From: Vulcanimicrobiota bacterium
GTDB lineage: Bacteria; Vulcanimicrobiota; Vulcanimicrobiia; Vulcanimicrobiales; Vulcanimicrobiaceae
NCBI GenBank assembly: GCA_963795855.1
Contig: CAWCIZ010000004.1
Location: 160,001-224,000 of the forward strand
Direction: 5' to 3'
DNA length: 64,000 nucleotides
The stretch's first letter is position 1, and every line of letters begins with the position of its first letter. The notes below the pieces were generated by a model. That model was not told the origin of the DNA. It saw nothing but the letters and a program-made list of their open reading frames with translations, and ran no database searches. Below, piece after piece: positions 19,328 through 28,798 of this stretch. The translations under genes were made by a program, and so were the position numbers.

Positions 19328-20044
19328 TTAAGATTTGATGAGAGAAGCGCGTGCCGGCGGGCCGTCCGACACGACCAGTCCGTCGAGAACGCGCAAGATC
19401 CGCTTTGCATGCGAGGCGACGTTCTCGTCGTGCGTAACGATGATGATCGTGCGTCCGAGTGCGTTCAGCCGGTCGAAAAGTCCGAGAATTTCCGCGCTGG
19501 TCTTTGAATCCAAATTGCCCGTCGGTTCGTCCGCAAGGAGCACCGCGGGGTCGTTCACGAGCGCGCGCGCAATGGCAACGCGTTGCTGCTGCCCGCCCGA
19601 GAGCTCGTTCGGTTTGTGCTTTCCCCGATCGGCGAGGCCGACTTCGGCGAGTTGCGCGATTGCCGCGGCGGTTCGCTGGCGCGGCGGAATGCCGGCGTAG
19701 AAAAGCGGCAGCGCGACGTTTTTGACGGCGTCGGTGCGCGCGAGCAGGTTGAAGCCCTGGAAAATGAACCCAAGCTTCTTTAGTCTAATTTGCGCGAGCG
19801 CGTTGTCGTCCAGGCCGGAAACGTCGACCCCGTCCAGCAAATACGTTCCGCTCGTCGCGCGATCCAGACAGCCGAGCACGTTCATGAGGGTGGATTTACC
19901 GGAACCCGACGGCCCCATGATTGCGACGTATTCGCCGCGCGCTATCGTGAACGACACCCCGCGAAGCGCTTCCACCTCGAGGGAGCCGGATTTGTACACT
20001 TTCGTGACGTCGCGTACGTCGATGGCGTTGCGAGATTCATTCAT
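19328..20044 (-). CDS. MacB/LolD-type ABC ATPase
   Basis: [33 protein letters not shown]. Confidence 0.94.
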   Translation of the reverse strand: MNESRNAIDVRDVTKVYKSGSLEVEALRGVSFTIARGEYVAIMGPSGSGKSTLMNVLGCLDRATSGTYLLDGVDVSGLDDNALAQIRLKKLGFIFQGFNLLARTDAVKNVALPLFYAGIPPRQRTAAAIAQLAEVGLADRGKHKPNELSGGQQQRVAIARALVNDPAVLLADEPTGNLDSKTSAEILGLFDRLNALGRTIIIVTHDENVASHAKRILRVLDGLVVSDGPPARASLIKS

Positions 20045-21233
20045 ATCGGAGTGCTTCTATGGGGTCCAGCGCGGCGGCGCGCAATGCCGGATACGTGCCG
20101 AATGCGAGCGTGATGATCGCTGCGAAGAGGCTGGCTAATACGACGGATTGCAGCCACGGCAGCGGAACGATGATGCCCGAGATCTTGATGAGATAGTGCA
20201 CGTTGACGTACCAGCCGGCCAGGAGTCCGAACATCGCGCCCAAGCCGCAGCCGAAGATCGCCAGCAGCGCCGCTTCCAGAAAAAACTGCAGCAGTATCTG
20301 GCTCTTTTTTGCACCGATCGCTTTGCGAACGCCGATCTCGCGCGTGCGTTCCACGATCGAGACCAGAAGAATGTTCATGATGCCGATTCCGGCGACCACG
20401 AGCGAAATCGCGCCGATGGCGCCGACGACCGCGCTCATGACGGCAAAACTCTTGTCCAGGAAACCCGCGACGAATTGACTGTCGATGGCGCGGTACGTGA
20501 ATTTGTTGCCCGTGGCGTGGTGCAGATAAGTTTTGATCGCGTCCTCGGTTTGGGTCATCGATGACGTATCGTCGACCAGCACTTGGCTTTCGAACAGCTT
20601 GCTGCCGTGCATGTCGCGGCGCTCGAATACCGTGTACGGGATCAGAATATCCGGCGAAAAATCGAAATTCAACGCGCCGGTCGGCGGCTTTTCCATGACG
20701 CCGACTACGTTGCAATGGTCGTCGCCGTAGCGCAGCGTCTGGCCCAGAATTTGCTGCGGATCGGCCTGGAGTTTCGTCGCGGCATTTGCCGAGAGCACGC
20801 AGACCGGTGCGCGCACGCCGACGTCGCCCTCGTCGATCGCGCGCCCGAAGCTCAAAGGCTGCGCGAGGAAACGCGGGTCGCCGCCCGTCGGCGCCACGTT
20901 CAATTTTGCGGTTTGGCTCCCGAAGCGCGCGACCTGCGAAAGCTGGGAGAACGGTATGGCTTCGTGCACGTTGGCCATGCCGTTGATTACCGTGAGATCC
21001 TGCAGCGTGAACATCGACTTGGGGTCGAAGCCTTTTTCGGTGTTCGGGAAGACGATGAACGTGTTCTGACTCAGAATGCGCAGCGAACCCGCGAGCGCGC
21101 CCGCCGTCGCTTGGCCGAGCACTTGAATGGCAATGACCGATGCGACGCCGACGACCAGCCCGATGAGGGCGAGCACCGTGCGCAGGCGATTTTGATACAG
21201 AACGTCGAGCGCTTCGCGCAGGTAATTGTTCAC
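20037..21233 (-). CDS. MacB/FtsX-type ABC permease
   Basis: GIGIMNILLVSIVERTREIGVRKAIGA; C-terminal DPIEALRYE. Confidence 0.93.
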   Translation of the reverse strand: MNNYLREALDVLYQNRLRTVLALIGLVVGVASVIAIQVLGQATAGALAGSLRILSQNTFIVFPNTEKGFDPKSMFTLQDLTVINGMANVHEAIPFSQLSQVARFGSQTAKLNVAPTGGDPRFLAQPLSFGRAIDEGDVGVRAPVCVLSANAATKLQADPQQILGQTLRYGDDHCNVVGVMEKPPTGALNFDFSPDILIPYTVFERRDMHGSKLFESQVLVDDTSSMTQTEDAIKTYLHHATGNKFTYRAIDSQFVAGFLDKSFAVMSAVVGAIGAISLVVAGIGIMNILLVSIVERTREIGVRKAIGAKKSQILLQFFLEAALLAIFGCGLGAMFGLLAGWYVNVHYLIKISGIIVPLPWLQSVVLASLFAAIITLAFGTYPALRAAALDPIEALRYE

Positions 21234-22441
21234 GAGCGCAGCGCTTCCACCGGATCCAAGCGGCTCGCCCGCATCGCGGGATACACGCCGAACGTGATGC
21301 CGATGACGATCGAAAACGACAATCCGTAGAGGAAGAGGTTCGCGTACGGGATGGGCAGCGGTCCCATCTTCGCGGCCAGCGCGCCCGACGCTCCGCCCAG
21401 CGCCAGAAGGCTCAGCGCAAAGCCGAGAATTCCCCCGGCCAGCGATATGAGCGTCGCTTCGGACAGAAACTGGGTCACGATATCGCGGCGTGAGGCGCCG
21501 ATCGATTTGCGAATGCCGATCTCGCGCGTGCGCTCGGTGACGGAGACCAGCATGATGTTCATGATTCCGATGCCCGCGACGAGCAGCGAGATCGCGCCGA
21601 TCGCCGTCAGACCGGCGGCTACCACGTCCACGACCTGCTTGTATTTTTCCAGCACCTCGCGATTGCTCTGCACGTCGTACGCGGCGCGCTTGCCGTGTAG
21701 GCGGTGCAGCGCGTCCAATGCGACCGTCTTTGCCGTATCCTCATCTTGAGGAGAATCCAGCCACAGGTAGAGGCCGTCTATCGGGCCGGGTGCAAAGTCG
21801 TGATACGTCGTAAACGGCAGCACGAAATAGTAATTGCCGCCGAAGTAGTTGCTTGCGGTTCCTTCGCGGTCGTTTGCGACGCCCACGATGGTAAAGCGCG
21901 TTCCGCCGACCTCGAGGTCTTGTCCGACCGCACCGTCGTGGCTTGCGAAAAATTCGAATGCCAGATCGGGGTTGACTACCGCAACGTGCGCGTGCGCGCG
22001 CTCGTCCTGCGCCGAAAGCGTCCGTCCCGCGATAACGTTGAACTTTTGGTCACCGCCGTACCAAGACCATCCGATGGCTACGAGGTGTTTCGTTTGCCGC
22101 CGTACGGCGAAGATGCCGTGCTCTCCGAACGATGGCGCATAGTACGGGGTAATGCGCGTCGTGATGCCCGCTTCGGCGTCTTCTACGACGCGGTAGTCGC
22201 GATAGTTCAGTTGCGCAATCGCCGGATTTGCCTGCTGCGGGTCCGGCGCAATCGTGAGGGAAGGGTTGTCGCTCGAATTGACGTTCGCGTTGATTGCAGC
22301 GGCGGCGCCTTCGCTGAGGCCGTACACGGAGAGGACCGCCGCAACGCCGATCAACATGCCGAGCATCGTCAGTATGGTGCGGGTCTTGTTGCGCATCAGC
22401 GCGTCGAAGGCTTCGGCAACGTACTCGAGCAGGCGGGTCAT
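21230..22441 (-). CDS. MacB/FtsX-type ABC permease (second paralogue)
   Basis: GIGIMNIMLVSVTERTREIGIRKSIGA; DPVEALRS. Confidence 0.93.
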   Translation of the reverse strand: MTRLLEYVAEAFDALMRNKTRTILTMLGMLIGVAAVLSVYGLSEGAAAAINANVNSSDNPSLTIAPDPQQANPAIAQLNYRDYRVVEDAEAGITTRITPYYAPSFGEHGIFAVRRQTKHLVAIGWSWYGGDQKFNVIAGRTLSAQDERAHAHVAVVNPDLAFEFFASHDGAVGQDLEVGGTRFTIVGVANDREGTASNYFGGNYYFVLPFTTYHDFAPGPIDGLYLWLDSPQDEDTAKTVALDALHRLHGKRAAYDVQSNREVLEKYKQVVDVVAAGLTAIGAISLLVAGIGIMNIMLVSVTERTREIGIRKSIGASRRDIVTQFLSEATLISLAGGILGFALSLLALGGASGALAAKMGPLPIPYANLFLYGLSFSIVIGITFGVYPAMRASRLDPVEALRS

Positions 22442-23706
22442 TTCTGAACTACGACGGCGACTCCATCGCTGAGGGCGGGATTTTTGTCCACGATCACCTT
22501 ATCGCCCCGCTGCAAGCCGCTCGAAACGACTGTTTGCGTGTCATTGGATTCGCCTGTCCGCACGAGTTGCTTGCGCGCTTTGCCGCCGCGTGCGACGAAA
22601 ACGTACGTCTTGCCTTGCTCGCGTACGATTGCCGCGGCGGGAACCGTGAGCACGTTGCGGAGATTGGTCGTCACGATATCGACGTCCACGCTCATCCCGT
22701 CCTTGAGATATGAGGGCGCGTGGTCGAGTTGAATCGTGGTCAGCACTTGACGCGCCGTGCTGCTGGCATCCGTCGAACGAATCGCGAGCGGCGAAATGGA
22801 CGTGACGTGGCCCGCGAGCGTCTTGCCGGGAAAGTCTTCGCTGCTCACCTCGGCCTGCTGACCGCGCCGTACGTTGATGACGTCTTGTTCGTCGACCTGC
22901 GCCTTGACGATATACGCGTCGCTTCCGGCGATGGTGAAAAGCGCTTGTCCCTGCGTAACCGCGTCGCCCTCGCGCATGTTCGTCAACGGGTCGTTCGGTT
23001 GCGTGGCGATTGACTGTATGACGCCGTCGAAGGGCGCGACGATGCGCGTGAACCCGAGTTGCTGCTGGTTCGACGCGTTGACGATCTGCATCTTTTGCGC
23101 GTTCGCTTGCGCGTACTGAACGCTATTCTCGCCATATCCCGTCACCGCGCCCAGGCGCAGTTGGCGAACCGCCTGCTCGTACTCGACCTGGCTTTGAACG
23201 AGCTTCGTCCTATCAGTGTCCACTTGGTTTCGCGCGATGGCCTTGTTGGCATACAGCGCGACGTCGGCGTCGTAGATGCGCCGAGCTTCGTCGAGATTCG
23301 ACTTTGCCGTTGCGACCTGCGCTTGATACGTCACCTTGGCGTTCTGTTCTTGAATTCTCGCCGTTTGAATGGTAGCGACGGCGGAATCGTAATCGGCTTG
23401 CGAACCGGCCGCGTTAGATTCGAGTGCCGGATTTTCGATGGTCGCGAGCATTTCGCCGCCTGCGACGCGTTCTCCGGGGCGCACATAGATGTGCGCGATG
23501 TTTCCGGCGACCAGCGTCGGAACGGTGACGACCTGCGGCCGCTGTACGACGCCGTTTTCGGGAAGTTTCGATTGAAACGAACCCGGCTTGACCGCGACCG
23601 CGCGCACCGAGATTGCGTCCGCGCCGTGCCGGCTCGAAAGCGCGGCCACGGCCACGATTACGCCCAGGACCACGACGATGATGATGAGATTACGAATGCG
23701 TTTCAT
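22438..23706 (-). CDS. Periplasmic adaptor (MacA/HlyD membrane-fusion protein)
   Basis: N-terminal anchor, lipoyl halves (VRPGERV...APFDGVI), coiled coil, GLQRGDKV. Confidence 0.9.
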   Translation of the reverse strand: MKRIRNLIIIVVVLGVIVAVAALSSRHGADAISVRAVAVKPGSFQSKLPENGVVQRPQVVTVPTLVAGNIAHIYVRPGERVAGGEMLATIENPALESNAAGSQADYDSAVATIQTARIQEQNAKVTYQAQVATAKSNLDEARRIYDADVALYANKAIARNQVDTDRTKLVQSQVEYEQAVRQLRLGAVTGYGENSVQYAQANAQKMQIVNASNQQQLGFTRIVAPFDGVIQSIATQPNDPLTNMREGDAVTQGQALFTIAGSDAYIVKAQVDEQDVINVRRGQQAEVSSEDFPGKTLAGHVTSISPLAIRSTDASSTARQVLTTIQLDHAPSYLKDGMSVDVDIVTTNLRNVLTVPAAAIVREQGKTYVFVARGGKARKQLVRTGESNDTQTVVSSGLQRGDKVIVDKNPALSDGVAVVVQK

Positions 23707-23714
23707 GCCTGATC

Positions 23715-25025
23715 CTAAATGTCCGCAACCGCTTGTTCGGGAGAGATTATTCCGAGGGCAACGCGCAACTTGACGATTGCGTCGACGTACGCGACCCGCG
23801 CGTTGTACAGATCGACCTGAGCGGACAGCGCCGCCTGCTGACGCTGTTGGACGTCGACCAGCGTGATGAGCCCGTGCTGATACTGCAACTCGGCGATGCG
23901 GGAAGCCTCACCGGCGAACCGCGTCTCATCCTGCGCTGATGCAAGCTGTGCGGTCGCGGTTTGTGCAGCGCGGTACGATTGTCGAACGTCTATTTCCGCT
24001 TGCGCGCGCGCGGCGCCCAGGTTCACCTCGGCAGCTGCAATTTGTTCGTTCAGGTTCCGGTGATTCGCCCTGCGCGCGCCCCAATCGACGAACGGCAGCG
24101 AGATGCTCGAGGTTACGCCGATGTTCCAATATCCCGGATTGCCGCGGTTTACCTGACCGAATTGTGCCTGCTGTGAAGCCAATGTCGGCGAGAACTGATT
24201 GCCGATCCCCGCGAAGGTTTGAATCTGCGGAAACAAATCCGTGTCGGCCGAGCGGCGATTCGTTTGCGCTATCGCCACCGCATCTTGCGCAGAGGAGACG
24301 TCGGGGCGGTTTGCCTGCGCGATCGCGATGAGCGCGTCGAGCGAACCGGCGGGCAGCGCCGGCTGCGGCACTTGCACCGGCACGTCGAATGCCGTGTCGA
24401 GCGGCGCGCCGATGATTTGCGCGAGCGATTCTGCGGCGTTTTGGGAATCCGCTTGCGCCGAGGCCAGCGTGTACCGGCTTTTTTCTTCGGCGGCCTGCGC
24501 GCTCAGCACGTCGACCCCGGCGGCGACTCCTGCGCGTTCCTTTGCGCGAGCTACGGAGACCAACGCCTGCTGATACCGCAGATCCCCTTCGTCCAGACGG
24601 ACGCCTTCGTTCTTTCCGGCGAGGTTGAAAAAGGCGTCCGCGACGTCGCTCGTGACTTGCTCCTGGGTGCGCCGCAGATCCGCTTGCCCCTGCTCGTATT
24701 GCTGACGAGCTGCGAGCGAGAGATAATGCGAGAGCCCGCCGTCAAAGGTGTACGTCGTTCCCAAAGCGGCGGTGTTCTGCGAAAAAACCGACCTTTGGGA
24801 AGCGCCGATGACGGAATACGCGCCGGTGTAGTTCGCGGACTTCGACATCTGATTTTGAACCTGACCCGTCACGCCCGGCAGCGTTTGCGAACGCGCTTTG
24901 ACATAAGCCGACTCGAGTTGGGAAACGGCGGCGACCTGTTTGGCCACGGTGGGACTGTGCGCGAGTGCATACCGCACCGCGTCCGGAAGCGAAAGCGCCG
25001 CCGATAGAATGACCGCCCCCACCAC
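23715..25025 (-). CDS. TolC family outer-membrane channel
   Basis: GGAGG RBS, GTG at 25025; LSLPDAVRYALAHSP, NRPDV and YQHGLITLVDV OEP-type motifs. Confidence 0.88.
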   Translation of the reverse strand: MVGAVILSAALSLPDAVRYALAHSPTVAKQVAAVSQLESAYVKARSQTLPGVTGQVQNQMSKSANYTGAYSVIGASQRSVFSQNTAALGTTYTFDGGLSHYLSLAARQQYEQGQADLRRTQEQVTSDVADAFFNLAGKNEGVRLDEGDLRYQQALVSVARAKERAGVAAGVDVLSAQAAEEKSRYTLASAQADSQNAAESLAQIIGAPLDTAFDVPVQVPQPALPAGSLDALIAIAQANRPDVSSAQDAVAIAQTNRRSADTDLFPQIQTFAGIGNQFSPTLASQQAQFGQVNRGNPGYWNIGVTSSISLPFVDWGARRANHRNLNEQIAAAEVNLGAARAQAEIDVRQSYRAAQTATAQLASAQDETRFAGEASRIAELQYQHGLITLVDVQQRQQAALSAQVDLYNARVAYVDAIVKLRVALGIISPEQAVADI

Positions 25026-25193
25026 GAGACACCTCCGACCCAAAAATAAAGACCCCGCGGAAAAAATCCGCTGGTCGATGTACTGCTCACCGGGTCTTAC
25101 GTTTCACATGCCGGCCGCATGCGGCCGCGTCGACCCGAATCTACTTGGCTCGGCAACCGTAGCCCTCCATCCGCGGAAGGGACGGGCTGCGGG

Positions 25194-25751
25194 ATGAGCC
25201 AAATGAACTACCAAGCGCTTGCTTGTTTAGAGTGCTTTATTTTGTTCTCGCGCGACGGGGTGGAGCAGCCGGTGAATCTGCGGTTTTCGGATCCGAAGGT
25301 GCTTGTAACGGAAAACCGTTTTCTGGCTGCGCCGGTCCGCATGCGATTGGAGCGGGATCCGCGAGCGCGGCTCGCGGCGGCGTTCATGGCCTCGCGCCTC
25401 CATGAAGATCTGCGGCTCGAAGACGTCGCCGCAGCCGTTCACATGAATAAGCGCGCGTTGTGCAATTTCTTCGCACGAGCGGTCGGTGCGAGCGTTTTCG
25501 AAGTCGTCCGCGCCATGCGCGTTTACCACGCGGTAAGACTGTTGGAGATCGCCGCCGGCGTTCCGGTCCGCTCGATAGCCCGTGAGGCCGGTTACGAAAA
25601 TTTTTCGAGCTTTTGCCGAGCGTTCAAAGCCGTGACCGGCATGCCGGCCACCGCGTATACGTCTTATGCCATGCCGAAGTTGTGCAGCGCCGCCACGCCG
25701 CCGGCCGCGAAAACCGCGCCGAGCAGAAGCACGATGGCTGCGAACGTGTAA
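25194..25751 (+). CDS. Short AraC-family HTH regulator
   Basis: LRLEDVAAAVHMN...IAREAGYENFSSFCRAFKAVTGMP AraC signature; start uncertain. Confidence 0.75.
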   Translation: MSQMNYQALACLECFILFSRDGVEQPVNLRFSDPKVLVTENRFLAAPVRMRLERDPRARLAAAFMASRLHEDLRLEDVAAAVHMNKRALCNFFARAVGASVFEVVRAMRVYHAVRLLEIAAGVPVRSIAREAGYENFSSFCRAFKAVTGMPATAYTSYAMPKLCSAATPPAAKTAPSRSTMAANV

Positions 25752-26416
25752 GCAATCCCGGCGCTCGTTTTGCCGGTCACACGCAGCATCGTCGTGTTGA
25801 GGAAGAAGCCCCATACCGTAAAGATGCTGATCGCGGAAAGAAACGCGAGCAGAGCGGGGCTGCCGTGTCGCACTACGGTCGCCAAACTCGGCATCGCTTG
25901 CGCCATCGCGATACTGCTCTCGAACGAATCGGCGCCGCGAACCATCGTGATGACGCCGAGCGCAATCGCACCCAACCCGATTGTGGGGACCGCGATGTTC
26001 ATCGAACCGCACCACAGCCGTTTGAAATCCGCTTGTCCGCGGCCGAGCGCGTTTCCGGCCAGCAGGATCACCGTATTGAAAAACACCGCGAAGAAAAGCA
26101 CGAGGATTGGAGCGACGTCACTGAAGACCGACGGTTTCCCGGCGTTTGCAAGGGCTTTCTGTTTCTGTTCGGCAGTCGCGTTCGCGAAAAGCGGGCTGGT
26201 GCTAACCATCCGCTGCACCTGCGCGTTCGCTACGTGGCGAGCCGCGGGCGCCTGCAGAAACGTACCGGCGAGCAACAGCACCAAGCTGACGACGAGCGCC
26301 CAACCCCACGTCGGCGCGGTGCGCTGACGTTCGAACGCGTCCGCAGGTGCGGCTATCGTATCGACGACGGTAGAAAGCCCGTTTACCTTAGCGGCGGCTG
26401 GTACCGACACGCTCAT
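25664..26416 (-). CDS. Yip1 family membrane protein (YknW-like)
   Basis: AGGAGG RBS; APADAFE...P.WGWAL N-terminus; about 5 TM helices. Confidence 0.8.
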   Translation of the reverse strand: MSVSVPAAAKVNGLSTVVDTIAAPADAFERQRTAPTWGWALVVSLVLLLAGTFLQAPAARHVANAQVQRMVSTSPLFANATAEQKQKALANAGKPSVFSDVAPILVLFFAVFFNTVILLAGNALGRGQADFKRLWCGSMNIAVPTIGLGAIALGVITMVRGADSFESSIAMAQAMPSLATVVRHGSPALLAFLSAISIFTVWGFFLNTTMLRVTGKTSAGIAYTFAAIVLLLGAVFAAGGVAALHNFGMA

Positions 26417-26478
26417 GAAAACCTCCTAGACCAACGATAACTGCCGCAACTGTATGAGCGTGCGGCGCCGCCTGATCT

Positions 26479-26754
26479 TCACGGCGTCTTCAGCAACTCC
26501 TCGATGGGTACCCGCGCTTCGATCGCTCTGCGGACGCGGTCGAGCCGCTCCCTTCGCAACTCGAGCAGTTTGAGTTCGAGAATAATTCGCACGCGCCGCA
26601 AGGCGCGGCGAGAATACAGCTCCGCGGCGGTGGGCGGCGCTGCGGCCAAGCGGTGGCGCGACGCTCGGTGGTGCTTGGGCGGATCGGCGGCAGCGGGCAG
26701 GGAGGCGGCTAAAGCCAAGGTCAGCGCCAAGGCGGCGAGGTAACGAGGCGGCAT
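26479..26754 (-). CDS. Small secreted hypothetical protein
   Basis: Signal-peptide-like MPPRYLAALALTLALAASLPAAA followed by a basic amphipathic helix. Confidence 0.55.
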   Translation of the reverse strand: MPPRYLAALALTLALAASLPAAADPPKHHRASRHRLAAAPPTAAELYSRRALRRVRIILELKLLELRRERLDRVRRAIEARVPIEELLKTP

Positions 26755-26788
26755 GCCGTCCCATCACGTCGACTCCGCGCGTCGCTAG

Positions 26789-28489
26789 ATGCTCAAGCCC
26801 GCCAGTCCGCTCGTCGTTCCCGATCCGCCTGCGGAGCCGTACGTTCGAATCGTTCCGCTCGGCGGCTGCGGAGAGATCGGCCGCAATATGACGCTGATCG
26901 AGACGAACGAGGACATGGTCGCGGTGGACTGCGGGCTCATGTTTCCGGACGAAGAGATGTACGGCGTCGACATCGTCATCAACGATTTCACGTATATCCG
27001 CGAACGCCGCGAGAAGTTTCGAGCGATACTCGTAACGCACGGGCACGAAGATCACATCGGCGGCATTCCGTATCTGCTGCGCGAGTTCAACGTCCCCGTG
27101 GTGGGCACGCCGCTGACGAACGCGCTCATCAAAGCAAAAGCGCGCGACCATAAAATGATGGGCGAAGCGCAATTCGTCACCGTGCAGCCCGGCGATCGTG
27201 CACGCTACGGACAGATCGAAGCGGAATTCGTGCACATCAATCATTCCGTCGCGGGCGCGTGCTCGCTCGCGCTGCGCACGCCGGTGGGGACGATCTTCCA
27301 CACCGGCGATTTCAAGTTCGATCAAACGCCCATCGACGGCAAGCCGGCGGACTTCGCGGCGATCGCGCGCATCGGCGAGGAAGGCGTTCTCTGCATGCTG
27401 TCCGACAGCACGAATGCCGAGCGACCGGGTCACACGCAATCCGAGCGAATCGTAGGCGAGGCGTTCAATACGGTTTTTTCTCAAGCGAAAGGGCGCATCA
27501 TCGTCGCGTCGTTCGCCTCGAACGTGCCGCGCATCGCGCAGGTCATCGACCAGGCGATCCGCTTCAACCGGAAAATCGCCTTCCTCGGGCGATCGCTCAC
27601 CAACGTCGTCCATTTCGCTTCCGAACTGGGCTATTTGCGCGTTCCCGCGGATCGCACCATCCGCGTCGAAGAAGTGGACGAGTATCCACCCGAACAAGTC
27701 GTCGTCATGACGACGGGCTCGCAGGGCGAGCCGATGAGCGCGCTCACTCGCATGTCCGTGCGCGACCACGCAAAATTCAAAATCGTTTCAGGCGATACCG
27801 TCGTGATCAGCGCCACGCCGATTCCCGGAAACGAGAAAGGCGTGTACAAGACGATCAACAACTTGTGCCGCCTCGGTGCCACGGTCGTGCATGGGACCGA
27901 TGGGCGCTCTCACGTCTCCGGACATGCCTCGCAAGAAGAACTGCTGCTCATGCTCAATCTCGTGCGCCCCGAGTTTTTCGTTCCGGTGCACGGCGAATAC
28001 CGGATGCTCGTGCAGCACGGCAAACTTGCCGCGAAAACCGGAGTCGATCCGCAGAACGTGTTCGTCGTCGAAAACGGCGACGTGCTAGAGTTCACGCACG
28101 ACTACGGCGATAAGATCGGCAAGACGTACGGCGGCCACGTGCTCGTCGACGGTTCGAGCGTCGGCGACGTCGGTGAAGCAGTCTTGCGCGATCGGCGTCT
28201 GCTTGCCGCGGACGGATTCATGATGGTCGTGGTCACGATCGACAGCGAGGAGGCGCGAGTGATTGCCGGCCCGGATCTGATCTCCCGCGGCGTTTTCTAC
28301 GTTCCCGAATCGGACGGCGTCATGGACGATCTGCGTGCCGAACTCGTGACACTGATTGAAGAAGTGCCGGTCGAGGGGATTCGAGACGTAAACACGGTGA
28401 AAGAGCATATCCGCAGCGGTCTTGCAAAAGCAATCCACTCGCGGTACAGACGCCGTCCCGTCATCGTTCCCGTCGTGATGGAAGTGTGA
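26789..28489 (+). CDS. rnj: Ribonuclease J
   Basis: PLGGCGEIGRN, THGHEDHIG, HTGDFKFD, HVSGH, PVHGEYR. Confidence 0.96.
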   Translation: MLKPASPLVVPDPPAEPYVRIVPLGGCGEIGRNMTLIETNEDMVAVDCGLMFPDEEMYGVDIVINDFTYIRERREKFRAILVTHGHEDHIGGIPYLLREFNVPVVGTPLTNALIKAKARDHKMMGEAQFVTVQPGDRARYGQIEAEFVHINHSVAGACSLALRTPVGTIFHTGDFKFDQTPIDGKPADFAAIARIGEEGVLCMLSDSTNAERPGHTQSERIVGEAFNTVFSQAKGRIIVASFASNVPRIAQVIDQAIRFNRKIAFLGRSLTNVVHFASELGYLRVPADRTIRVEEVDEYPPEQVVVMTTGSQGEPMSALTRMSVRDHAKFKIVSGDTVVISATPIPGNEKGVYKTINNLCRLGATVVHGTDGRSHVSGHASQEELLLMLNLVRPEFFVPVHGEYRMLVQHGKLAAKTGVDPQNVFVVENGDVLEFTHDYGDKIGKTYGGHVLVDGSSVGDVGEAVLRDRRLLAADGFMMVVVTIDSEEARVIAGPDLISRGVFYVPESDGVMDDLRAELVTLIEEVPVEGIRDVNTVKEHIRSGLAKAIHSRYRRRPVIVPVVMEV

Positions 28490-28492
28490 GCA

Positions 28493-28798
28493 TTGAGCAC
28501 GAGAAAGCAATTCATCGCCGCGGCGGCAGCAGTTCCGCTCGTCGCGGCGGCGCCGCCGTCGCCGAAACCGGCCGCACCCGAGCCGACGCCGACACCCAAG
28601 AAATCGCAAGTCTCTGAAGCGGCGCGCGGACTTGCCGCGCAGATGCGCCGCTTCGACTCCTCGCTGAGCGACAAGGAGCTCGAGGAGATCGCCGCGGGGA
28701 TCGACGGCAATCTCAAGATCGGAGGCGCCGTCAATCCGCACGGCACGACGCTCAAGAATTGGGACGAGCCGGTGACCACGTTCGAGGTGCCGGAATGA
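28493..28798 (+). CDS. Small Tat-signal-like protein, putative amidase partner (AtzG/GatC-like)
   Basis: STRKQFIAAAAAVPLVAAA leader, Pro linker, helical core, LKNWDEPVTTF; ATGA-coupled to the amidase. Confidence 0.7.
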   Translation: MSTRKQFIAAAAAVPLVAAAPPSPKPAAPEPTPTPKKSQVSEAARGLAAQMRRFDSSLSDKELEEIAAGIDGNLKIGGAVNPHGTTLKNWDEPVTTFEVPE

